From Mobula hypostoma (lineage: Eukaryota), in NCBI RefSeq assembly GCF_963921235.1, contig NC_086108.1, forward strand, positions 5,084,001 through 5,148,000: a stretch of DNA of 64,000 bases, given 5' to 3'. A program made the translations under genes and the position numbers. Under the pieces are notes generated by a model. That model searched no databases. It was not told the origin of the DNA and worked only from the letters and a program-made list of their open reading frames with translations. This document shows, piece after piece, positions 12,701 through 24,849 of the stretch. The first letter of the stretch is position 1, and every line of letters begins with the position of its first letter.

Positions 12701-15700
12701 GTCAGTGGTTACAGTGAGGGGGGAATCCCTGTACGAGTGTCAGTGGTTACAGTGAGGGGGGGAATCCCTGTACGAGTGTCAGTGGTTACAGTGGGAGGGG
12801 TGAATCCCTGTACGAGTGTCAGTGGTTACAGTGAGGGGGGGAATCCCTGTACGAGTGTCAGTGGTTACAGTGAGGGGGGGAATCCCTGTACGAGTGTCAG
12901 TGGTTACAGTGAGGGGGGGAATCCCTGTACGAGTGTCAGTGGTTACAGTGAGGGGGGAATCCCTGTACGAGTGTCAGTGGTTACAGTGACGGGGGGAGGG
13001 AATCCCTGTACGAGTGTCAGTGGTTACAGTGAGGGGGGAATCCCTTTACGAGTGTCAGTGGTTACAGTCAGTGGGGGGAATCCCTGTACGAGTGTCAGTG
13101 GTTACAGTGAGGGAGGGAATCCCTGTACGAGTGTCAGTGGTTACAGTGAGGGGGGGAATCCCTGTACGAGTGTCAGTGGTTACAGTGAGGGGGGGAATCC
13201 CTGTACGAGTGTCAGTGGTTACAGTGAGGGGGGGAATCCCTGTACGAGTGTCAGTGGTTACAGTGAGGGGGGACACCCTGTATGAGTGTCAGTGGTTACA
13301 GTCAGTGGGGGAAATCCCTGTACGAGTGTCAGTGGTTACAGTGAGGGAGGGAATCCCTGTACGAGTGTCAGTGGTTACAGTGAGGGGGGGGGATCCCTGT
13401 ACGAGTGTCAGTGGTTACAGTGAGGGAGGGAATCCCTGTACGAGTGTCAGTGGTTACAGTGAGGGGGGGAATCCCTGTACGAGTGTCAGTGGTTACAGTG
13501 AGGGGGGGAATCCCTGTACGAGTGTCAGTGGTTACAGTGAGGGGGGGAATCCCTGTACGAGTGTCAGTGGTTACAGTGAGGGGGGGAATCCCTGTACGAG
13601 TGTCAGTGGTTACAGTGAGGGGGGGAATCCCTGTACGAGTGTCAGTGGTTACAGTGAGGGGGGGAATCCCTGTACGAGTGTCAGTGGTTACAGTGAGGGG
13701 GGAATCCCTGTACGAGTGTCAGTGGTTACAGTGAGGGGGGAATCCCTGTACGAGTGTCAGTGGTTACAGTGAGGGGGGAATCCCTGTACGAGTGTCAGTG
13801 GTTACAGTGAGGGGGGAATCCCTGTACGAGTGTCAGTGGTTACAGTGAGGGGGGATCCCTGTACGAGTGTCAGTGGTTACAGTGAGGGAGGGAATCCTTG
13901 TACGAGTGTCAGTGGTTACAGTGAGGGGGGGAATCCCTGTACGAGTGTCAGTGGTTACAGTGAGGGAGGGAATCCCTGTACGAGTGTCAGTGGTTACAGT
14001 GAGGGGGGGAATCCCTGTACGAGTGTCAGTGGTTACAGTGAGGGGGGGGGGGAATCCCTGTACGAGTGTCAGTGGTTACAGTGAGGGGGGGGGAATCCCT
14101 GTACGAGTGTCAGTGGTTACAGTCAGGGGAAGAATCGCTGTACGAGTGTCAGTGGTTACAGTGAGGGAGGGAATCCCTGTACGAGTGTCAGTGGTTACAG
14201 TGAGGAGGGGAATCCCTGTACGAGTGTCAGTGGTTACAGTGAGGGGGGGAATCCCTGTACGAGTGTCAGTGGTTACAGTGAGGGGGGAATCCCTGTACGA
14301 GTGTCAGTGGTTACAGTGAGGGAGGGAATCCCTGTACGAGTGTCAGTGGTTACAGTGAGGGGGGAATCCCTGTACGAGTGTCAGTGGTTACAGTGAGGGG
14401 GGGAATCCCTGTACGAGTGTCAGTGGTTACAGTGAGGGGGGGAATCCCTGTACGAGTGTCAGTGGTTACAGTGAGGAGGGGAATCCCTGTACGAGTGTCA
14501 GTGGTTACAGTGAGGGGGGATCCCTGTACGAGTGTCAGTGGTTACAGTGAGGGGGGGAGTCCCTGTACGAGTGTCAGTGGTTACAGTGAGGGGGGGAATC
14601 CCTGTACGAGTGTCAGTGGTTACAGTGAGGGGGGAATCCCTGTACGAGTGTCAGTGGTTACAGTGAGGGGGGGGAATCCCTGTACGAGTGTCAGTGATTA
14701 CAGTGTGGGGGGGAATCCCTGTACGAGTGTCAGTGGTTACAGTGAGGGGGGGAATCCCTGTACGAGTGTCAGTGGTTACAGTGAGGAGGGAATGCCTGTA
14801 TGAGTGTCAGTGATTACAGTGAGGGGGGGAATCCCTGTACGAGTGTCAGTGGTTACAGTGAGGGGGGGAATCCCTGTACGAGTGTCAGTGGTTACAGTGA
14901 GGGGGGAATCCCTGTACGAGTGTCAGTGGTTACAGTGAGGGGGGGAATCCCTGTACGAGTGTCAGTGGTTACAGTGAGGGGGGGAATCCCTGTACGAGTG
15001 TCAGTGGTTACAGTGAGGGGGGAATCCCTGTACGAGTGTCAGTGGTTACAGTGAGGGGGGGAATCCCTGTACGAGTGTCAGTGGTTACAGTGAGGGGGGG
15101 AATCCCTGTACGAGTGTCAGTGGTTACAGTGAGGGAGGGAATTCCTGTACGAGTGTCAGTGGTTACAGTGAGAGGGGGAATCCCTGTACGAGTGTCAGTG
15201 GTTACAGTGAGGGGGGAATCCCTGTACGAGTGTCAGTGGTTACAGTGAGGGGGGGGAATCCCTGTACGAGTGTCAGTGGTTACAGTGAGGGGGGAATCCC
15301 TGTACGAGTGTCAGTGGTTACAGTGAGGGAGGGAATCCCTGTACGAGTGTCAGTGGTTACAGTGAGGGGGGGGAATCCCTGTACGAGTGTCAGTGGTTAC
15401 AGTGAGGGGGGTAGTCCCTGTACGAGTGTCAGTGGTTACAGTGAGGGGGGAATCCCTGTACGAGTGTCAGTGGTTACAGTGAGGGGGGAATCCCTGTACG
15501 AGTGTCAGTGGTTACAGTGAGGGGGGAATCCCTGTACGAGTGTCAGTGGTTACAGTGAGGGGGGGAATCCCTGTACGAGTGTCAGTGGTTACAGTGAGGG
15601 GGGAATCCCTTACGAGTGTCAGTGGTTACAGTGAGGGAGGGAATCCCTGTACGAGTGTCAGTGGTTACAGTGAGGGGGGTAAATCCCTGTACGAGTGTCA

Positions 15701-15800
15701 GTGGTTACAGTGAGGGGGGGAATCCCTGCACGAGTGTCAGTGGTTACAGTGAGGGAGGGAATCCCTGTACGAGTGTCAGTGGTTACAGTGAGGGGGGGAA
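6700..15800 (+). repeat. Near-consensus (homogeneous) domain with sparse C-type variants
   Basis: Long runs differ only in G-tract length (e.g. 8250-9000, 13400-13850). Isolated variants match those of the C domain. Boundaries are approximate. Confidence 0.7.
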
Positions 15801-18800
15801 TCCCTGTACGAGTGTCAGTGGTTACAGTGAGGGAGGGAATCCCTGTACGAGTGTCAGTGGTTACAGTGAGGGGGGAATCCCTGTACGACTGTCAGTGGTT
15901 ACAGTGAGTGGGGAGAATCCCTATACGAGTGTCAGTGGTTACAGTGACGGGGGGAATCCCTGTATGAGTGTCAGTGGTTACAGTGAGGGGGAGAGTCCCT
16001 GTACGAGTGTCAGTGGTTACAGTGAGGGGGGAATCCCTGTACGACTGTCAGTGGTTACAGTGAGGGGGAGAATCCCTATACGAGTGTCAGTGGTTACAGT
16101 GAGGGGGGAATCCCTCTAAGAGTGTCAGTGGTTACAGTGAGGGGGGGAATCCCTGTACGAGTGTCAGTGGTTACAGTGAGGGAGGGAATCCCTGTACGAC
16201 TGTCAGTGGTTACAGTGAGGGAGGGAATCCCTCTACGGGTGTCAGTGGTTACAGTGAGGGGGGGAATATCTGTACGAGTGTCAGTGGTTACAGTGAGGGG
16301 GGGAATCCCTGTACGAGTGTCAGTGGTTACAGTGAGGGGGGGGAATCCCTGTACGAGTGTCAGTGGTTACAGTGAGGGAGGGAATCCCTGTACGAGTGTC
16401 AGTGGTTACAGTGAGGGGGGGAATCCCTGTACGAGTGTCAGTGGTTACAGTGAGGGAGGGAATCCCTGTACGAGTGTCAGTGGTTACAGTGGGGGGGGGG
16501 AATCCCTGTACGAGTGTCAGTGGTTACAGTGAGGGAGGGAATCCCTGTACGAGTGTCAGTGGTTACAGTGAGGGGGGAATCCCTGTACGAGTGTCAGTGG
16601 TTACAGTGGGGGGGGGGGGATCCCTGTACGAGTGTCAGTGGTTACAGTGAGGGAGGGAATCCCTGTACGAGTGTCAGTGGTTACAGTGAGGGGGGGAATC
16701 CCTGTACGAGTGTCAGTGGTTAGAGTGAGGGGGGGAATCCCTGTACGAATGTCAGTGGTTACAGTGACGGGGGGAATCCCTGTACGAGTGTCAGTGGTTA
16801 CAGTCAGTGGGGGGAATCCCAGTACGAGTGTCAGTGGTTACAGTGGGAGGGGTGAATCCCTGTACGAGTGTCAGTGGTTACAGTGAGGGGGGTATCCCTG
16901 TACGAGTGTCAGTGGTTACAGTGAGGGGGGAAATCCCTGTACGAGTGTCAGTGGTTATAGTGAGGGGGGGAATCCCTGTACGAGTGTCAGTGGTTACAGT
17001 GAGAGGGGATTCCTGTACGATTGTCAGTGGTTACAGTGACGGGGGGGGGAGGGAATCCCTGTACGAGTGTCAGTGGTTACAGTGAGGGGGGAATCCCTGT
17101 ACGAGTGTCAGTGGTTACAGTGACGGGGGGGGAATCCCTGTACGAGTGTCAGTGGTTACAGTGAGGGGGGGAATCCCTGTACGAGTGTCAGTGGTTACAG
17201 TGAGGGGGGGAATCCCTGTACGAGTGTCAGTGGTTACAGTGGGGGGGGAATCCCTGTACGAGTGTCAGTGGTTACAGTGAGGGGGGGATTCCTGTACGAT
17301 TGTCAGTGGTTACAGTGACGGGGGGGGGGAATCCCTGTACGAGTGCCAGTGGTTACAGTGAGGGAGGGAATCCCTCTACGAGTGTCAGTGGTTACAGTCA
17401 GTGGGGGGAATCCCTGTACGAGTGTCAGTGGTTACAGTGAGGGAGGGAATCCCTGTACGAGTGTCAGTGGTTACAGTGAGGGGGGGGATCCCTGTATGAG
17501 TGTCAGTGGTTACAGTGAGGGAGGGAATCCCTCTACGAGTGTCAGTGGTTACAGTGAGGGGGGGAATCCCTGTACGAGTGTCAGTGGTTACAGTGAGGGG
17601 GGGAATCCCTGTACGAGTGTCAGTGGTTACAGTGACGGGGGGAATCCCTGTACGAGTGTCAGTGGTTACAGTGAGGGGGGAATCCCTGTACGAGTGTCAG
17701 TGGTTACAGTGAGGGGGGGAATCCCTGTACGAGTGTCAGTGGTTACAGTGAGGGGGGGGAATCCCTGTACGAGTGTCAGTGGTTACAGTGAGGGGGGGAA
17801 TCCCTGTACGAGTGTCAGTGGTTACAGTGAGGGGGGGAATCCCTGTACGAGTGTCAGTGGTTACAGTGAGGGGGAGAATCCCTGTACGAGTGTCAGTGGT
17901 TACAGTGAGGGGGGGAATCCCTGTACGAGTGTCAGTGGTTACAGTGCCGGGGGGGAATCCTTTACGAGTGTCAGTGGTTACCGTGAGGGAGGGAATCCCT
18001 GTACGAGTGTCAGTGGTTACAGTGAGGGGGGAATCCCTGTACGAGTGTCAGTGGTTACAGTGAGGGAGGGTAATCCCTGTACGAGTGTCAGTGGTTACAG
18101 TGAGGGGGGGAATCCCTGTACGAGTGTCAGTGGTTACAGTGAGGGGGGAATCCCTGTACGATTGTCAGTGGTTTCAGTGACGGGGGGGGGGAATCCCTGT
18201 ACGAGTGTCAGTGGTTACAGTGAGGGGGGGGGGAATCCCTGTACGAGTGTCAGTGGTTACAGTGAGGGAGGGAATCCCTGTACGAGTGTCAGTGGTTACA
18301 GTGAGGGGGGGGAATCCCTGTACGAGTGTCAGTGGTTACAGTGAGGGGGGGAATCCCTGTACGAGTGTCAGTGGTTACAGTGAGGGGGGGGGGAATCCCT
18401 GTACGAGTGTCAGTGGTTACAGTGAGGGAGGGAATCCCTGTACGAGTGTCAGTGGTTACAGTGAGGGGGGAATCCCTGTATGAGTGTCAGTGGTTACAGT
18501 CAGTGGGGGAAATCCCTGTACGAGTGTCAGTGGTTACAGTGACGGGGGGACACCCTGTATGAGTGTCAGTGGTTAGAGTCAGTGAGGGAAATCCCTGTAC
18601 GAGTGTCAGTGGTTACAGTGACGGGGGGGGAATCCCTGTACGAGTGTCAGTGGTTCCAGTGAGGGGGGGGGAATCCCTGTACGAGTGTCAGTGGTTACAG
18701 TGAGTGGGGGGAATCCCTGTACGAGTGTCAGTGGTTACAGTGAGGGGGGAATCCCTGTACGAGTGTCAGTGGTTACAGTGAGGGGTGGAATCCCTTACGA

Positions 18801-21800
18801 GTGTCAGTGGTTACAGTGAGGGAGGGAATCCCTGTACGAGTGTCAGTGGTTACAGTGAGGGGGGGGAATCCCTGTACGAGTGTCAGTGGTTACAGTGAGG
18901 AGGGAATGCCTGTATGAGTGTCAGTGGTTACAGTGAGGGGGGGAATCCCTGTACGAGTGTCAGTGGTTAGAGTGAGGGGGGGAATCCCTGTACGAGTGTC
19001 AGTGGTTACAGTGACGGGGGGAATCCCTGTACGAGTGTCAGTGGTTACAGTCAGTGGGGGGAATCCCTGTACGAGTGTCAGTGGTTACAGTGAGGGGGGG
19101 TAATCCCTGTACGAGTGTCAGTGGTTACAGTGAGGGGGGAATCCCTGTACGAGTGTCAGTGGTTACAGTGAGGGGGGAGAATCCCTGTACGAGTGTCAGT
19201 GGTTACAGTGAGGGGAAGAATCGCTGTACGAGTGTCAGTGGTTACAGTGAGGGAGGGAATCCCTGTACGAGTGTCAGTGGTTACAGTGAGGGGGGGGGGG
19301 AATCCCTGTACGAGTGTCAGTGGTTACAGTGAGTGGGGGAATCCCTGTACGAGTGTCAGTGGTTACAGTGAGGGGGGGAGGGGAATCCCTGTACGAGTGT
19401 CAGTGGTTACAGTGAGGGGGGAATCCCTGTACGACTGTCAGTGGTTACAGTGAGGGAGGGAATCCCTCTACGAGTGTCAGTGGTTACAGTGAGGGGGGGA
19501 ATATCTGTACGAGTGTCAGTGGTTACAGTGAGGGGGGGAATCCCTGTACGAGTGTCAGTGGTTACAGTGAGGGGGGGATCCCTGTACGATTGTCAGTGGT
19601 TACAGTGACGGGGGGGGGGAATCCCTGTACGAGTGTCAGTGGTTACAGTGAGGGAGGGAATCCCTGTACGAGTGTCAGTGGTTACAGTGAGGGGGGGAAT
19701 CCCTGTACGAGTGTCAGTGGTTACAGTGAGGGAGGGAATCCCTGTACGAGTGTCAGTGGTTACAGTGAGGGGGGGAATCCCTGTACGAGTGTCAGTGGTT
19801 ACAGTGAGGGGGGGAATCCCTGTACGAGTGTCAGTGGTTACAGTGAGGGGGGGAATCCCTGTACGAGTGTCAGTGGTTACAGTGACGGGGGGAATCCCTG
19901 TACGAGTGTCAGTGGTTACAGTCAGTGAGGGGAATCCCTGTACGAGTGTCAGTGGTTACAGTGAGGGGGGATTCCTGTACGATTCTCAGTGGTCACAGTG
20001 AGGGGGGAATCCTTGTAGGGGTGTCAGTGGTTACAGTGAGTGGGGGAATCCCTGTACGAGTGTCAGTGGTTACAGTGAGGGGGGAATCCCTGTACGAGTG
20101 TCAGTGGTTACAGTGAGGGGGGATCCCTTACGAGTGTCAGTGGTTACAGTGAGGGAGGGAATCCCTGTACGAGTGTCAGTGGTTACAGTGGGGGCGGGGA
20201 TCCCTGTACGAGTGTCAGTGGTTACAGTGAGGAGGGAATCCCTCTACGAGTGTCAGTGGTTACAGTGAGGGGGGGAATCCCTGTACGAGTGTCAGTGGTT
20301 AGAGTGAGGGGGGGAATCCCTGTACGAGTGTCAGTGGTTACAGTGACGGGGGGAATCCCTGTACGAGTGTCAGTGGTTACAGTGAGTGGGGGGAATCCCT
20401 GTACGAGTGTCAGTGGTTACAGTGAGGGGGGGGAATCCCTGTACGAGTGTCAGTGGTTACAGTGAGGGGGGCAATCCCTGTACGAGTGTCAGTGGTTACA
20501 GTGAGGGGGAGAATCCCTGTACGAGTGTCAGTGGTTACAGTGAGGGGGAGAATCCCTCTACGAGTGTCAGTCGTTACAGTGAGGGAGGGAATCCCTGTAC
20601 GAGTGTCAGTGGTTACAGTGAGGGGGGGGAATCCCTGTACGAGTGTCAGTGGTTACAGTGAGTGGGGGAATCCCTGTACGAGTGTCAGTGGTTAGAGTCA
20701 GGGGGAGGGGAATCCCTGTACAAAAGTCAGTTGTTACAGTGAGGGGGGGGGGAATCCCTGTACGAGTGTCAGTGGTTACAGTGAGGGAGGGAATCCCTGT
20801 ACGAGTGTCAGTGGTTACAGTGAGGGGGGGAATCCCTGTACGAGTGTCAGTGGTTACAGTGAGGGGGGGAATCCCTGTACGAGTGTCAGTGGTTACAGTG
20901 AGGGGGGGATCCCTGTACGAGTGTCAGTGGTTACAGTGAGGGGGGGAATCCCTGTACGAGTGTCAGTGGTTACAGTGAGGGAGGGAATCCCTGTACGAGT
21001 GTCAGTGGTTACAGTGAGGGGGGGGGGAATCCCTGTACGAGTGTCAGTGGTTACAGTGAGGGAGGGAATCCCTGTACGAGTGTCAGTGGTTACAGTGAGG
21101 GGGGAATCCCTGTACGAGTGTCAGTGGTTACAGTGAGGGGGGGAATCCCTGTACGAGTGTCAGTGGTTACAGTGAGGGGGGAATCCCTGTACGAGTGTCA
21201 GTGGTTACAGTGACGGGGGGAATCCCTGTACGAGTGTCAGTGGTTACAGTCAGTGAGGGGAATCCCTGTACGAGTGTCAGTGGTTACAGTGAGGGGGGAA
21301 TCCCTGTACGAGTGTCAGTGGTTACAGTGACGGGGGGGGGGAATCCCTGTACGAGTGTCAGTGGTTACAGTGAGCGGGGGGAATCCCTGTACGAGTGTCA
21401 GTGGTTACAGTCAGGGGGGATTCCTGTACGATTGTCAGTGGTTACAGTGACGGGGGGGGGAATCACTGTACGAGTGTCAGTGGTTACAGTGAGGGAGGGA
21501 ATCCGTGTACGAGTGTCAGTGGTTACAGTGGGGGCGGGGATCCCTGTACGAGTGTCAGTGGTTACAGTGAGGAGGGAATCCCTCTACGAGTGTCAGTGGT
21601 TACAGTGAGGGGGGGAATCCCTGTACGAGTGTCAGTGGTTAGAGTGAGGGGGGGAATCCCTGTACGAGTGTCAGTGGTTACAGTGACGGGGGGAATCCCT
21701 GTACGAGTGTCAGTGGTTACAGTCAGTGGGGGGAATCCCTGTACGAGTGTCAGTGGTTACAGTGAGGGGGGGTAATCTCTGTACGAGTGTCAGTGGTTAC

Positions 21801-24800
21801 AGTGAGGGGGGCAATCCCTGTACGAGTGTCAGTGGTTACAGTGAGGGGGAGAATCCCTGTACGAGTGTCAGTGGTTACAGTGAGGGGGAGAATCCCTCTA
21901 CGAGTGTCAGTCGTTACAGTGAGGGAGGGAATCCCTGTACGAGTGTCAGTGGTTACACTGGGGGGGGGAATCCCTGTACGAGTGTCAGTGGTTACAGTGA
22001 GTGGGGGAATCCCTGTACGATTGTCAGTGGTTACAGTGACGGGGGGGAGGGGAATCCCTGTACGAGTGTCAGTGGTTACAGTGAGGGGGGGGAATCCCTG
22101 TACGAGTGTCAGTGGTTACAGTGAGGGAGGGAATCCCTCTACGAGTGTCAGTGGTTACAGTGAGGGGGGGAATATCTGTACGAGTGTCAGTGGTTACAGT
22201 GAGGGAGGGAATCCCTGTACGAGTGTAAGTGGTTACAGTCAGTGGGGGGAATCCCTGTACGAGTGTCAGTGGTTACAGTGAGGGAGGGAATCCCTGTACG
22301 AGTGTCAGTGGTTACAGTGAGGGGGGGGGAATCCCTGTACGAGTGTCAGTGGTTACAGTGAGGGAGGGAATCCCTGTACGAGTGTCAGTGGTTACAGTCA
22401 GTGGGGGGAATCCCTGTACGAGTGTCAGTGGTTACAGTGGGGGGGGGGGAATCCCTGTACGAGTGTCAGTGGTTACAGTGAGGGAGGGAATCCCTCTACG
22501 AGTGTCAGTGGTTACAGTGAGGGGGGGAATCCCTGTACGAGTGTCAGTGGTTAGAGTGAGGGGGGGAATCCCTGTACGAGTGTCAGTGGTTACAGTGACG
22601 GGGGGAATCCCTGTACGAGTGTCAGTGGTTACAGTCAGTGGGGGGAATCCCTGTACGAGTGTCAGTGGTTACAGTGACGGGGGGGAATCCCTGTACGAGT
22701 GTCAGTGGTTACAGTGAGGGGGGGGAATCCCTGTACGAGTGTCAGTGGTTACAGTGAGGGGGGGAATCCCTGTACGAGTATCAGTGGTTACAGTGAGGGG
22801 GAGAATCCCTGTACGACTGTCAGTGGTTACAGTGAGGGAGGGAATCCCTGTACGAGTGTCAGTGGTTACAGTGGGAGTGGTGAATCCCTGTACGAGTGTC
22901 AGTGGTTACAGTGAGGGAGGGAATCCCTCTACGAGTGTCAGTGGTTACAGTGAGGGGGGGAATCCCTGTACGAGTGTCAGTGGTTACAGTGAGGGGGGGA
23001 ATCCCTGTACGAGTGTCAGTGGTTACAGTGAGAGGGGATTCCTGTACGATTGTCAGTGGTTACAGTGAGGGGGGCGGGAATCCCTGTACGAGTGTCAGTG
23101 GTTACAGTGAGGGAGGTAATCCCTGTACGAGTGTCAGTGGTTACAGTGAGTGGGGGGAATCCCTGTACGAGTCTCAGTGGTTACAGTGAGGGAGGGAATC
23201 CCTGTACGAGTGTCAGTGGTTACAGTGAGGGGGGGAATCCCTGTACGAGTGTCAGTGGTTACAGTGAGGGAGGGAATCCCTGTACGAGTGTCAGTGGTTA
23301 CAGTGAGGGGGGAATTCCAGTACGAGTGTCAGTGGTTACAGTGAGGGGGGGAATCCCTGTACGAGTGTCAGTGGTTACAGTGAGGGAGGGAATCCCTGTA
23401 CGAGTGTCAGTGGTTACAGTGAGGGGGGAATCCCTGTACGAGTGTCAGTGGTTACAGTGAGGGAGGGAATCCCTGTACGAGTGTCAGTGGTTACAGTGAG
23501 GGGGGGGGAATCCCTGTACGAGTGTCAGTGGTTACAGTGAGGGAGGGAATCCCTGTACGAGTGTCAGTGGTTACAGTGAGGGGGGGAATCCCTGTACGAG
23601 TGTCAGTGGTTACAGTGAGGGGGGGAATCCCTGTACGAGTGTCAGTGGTTACAGTGACGGGGGGAATCCCTGTACGAGTGTCAGTGGTTACAGTCAGTGG
23701 GGGGAATCCCTGTACGAGTGTCAGTGGTTACAGTAAGGGGGGGGGGAATCCCTGTATGAGTGTCAGTGGTTACAGTGACGGGAGGGGAATCCCTGTACGA
23801 GTGTCAGTGGTTACCGTGAGGGGGGGAATCCCTGTACGAGTGTCAGTGGTTACAGTGAGGGGGGGAATCCCTGTACGAGTGTCAGTGGTTACAGTGAGGG
23901 GGAGAATCCCTCTACGAGTGTCAGTGGTTACAGTGAGGGGGAGAATCCCTGTACGAGTGTCAGTGGTTACAGTCTGTGGGGGGAATCCCTGTACGAGTGT
24001 CAGTGGTTACAGTGAGGGAGGGAATCCCTCTATGAGTGTCAGTGGTTACAGTGAGGGCGGGATTCCCTGTACGAGTGTCAGTGGTTACAGTGAGGGAGGG
24101 AATCCCTCTACGAGTGTCAGTGGTTACAGTGAGGGGGGGAATCCCTGTACGAGTGTCAGTGGTTACAGTGAGGGGGGGAATCCCTGTACGATTGTCAGTG
24201 GTTACAGTGACGGGGGGGGGGAATCCCTGTACGAATATCAGTGGTTACAGAGGGGGGGGGATCCCTGTACGAGTGTCAGTGGTTACAGTGAGGGAGGGAA
24301 TCCCTCTACGAGTGTCAGTGGTTACAGTGAGTGGGGGAATCCCTGTACGAGTGTCAGTGGTTACAGTGTGGGGGGGAATCCCTGTACGATTGTCAGTGGT
24401 TACAGTGACGGGGGGGGGGAATCCCTGTATGAGTATCAGTGGTTACAGTGAGGGAGGGAATCCCTGTACGAGTGTCAGTGGTTACCGTCAGTGGGGGGAA
24501 TCCCTGTACGACTGTCAGTGGTTACAGTGAGGGAGGGAATCCCTGTACGAATGTCAGTGGTTACAGGGGGGGGTGATCCCTGTACGAGTGTCAGTGGTTA
24601 CAGTGAGGGAGGGAATCCCTCTACGAGTGTCAGTGGTTACAGTGAGGGGGGGAATCCCTGTACGAGTGTCAGTGGTTACAGTGAGGGGGTGAATCCCTGT
24701 ACGAGTGTCAGTGGTTAGAGTGAGGGGGGGAATCCCTGTACGAGTGTCAGTGGTTACAGTGACAGGGGGAATCCCTGTACGAGTGTCAGTGGTTACAGTC

Positions 24801-24845
24801 AGTGGGGGGAATCCCTGTACGAGTGTCAGTGGTTACAGTGAGGGG
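15800..24845 (+). repeat. Second subfamily A domain
   Basis: A-type cassettes recur: CCTCTAAGAG at 16113, and the block GGGGGCGGGGATCCC / GAGGAGGGAATCCCTCTAC / GGTTAGAGTG / GGGGGGCAATC at ~20190 and ~21530, matching ~5990. Confidence 0.75.
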
Positions 24846-24849
24846 GGGA

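Noticed and set aside
5776..20000. V(D)J RSS heptamer similarity: TACAGTG in every monomer and exact CACAGTG at ~5780 and ~19994
   Set aside because: The consensus lacks the essential CAC on the + strand. No ACAAAAACC-like nonamer lies 12 or 23 bp away on either strand, and no V/D/J segments are present.
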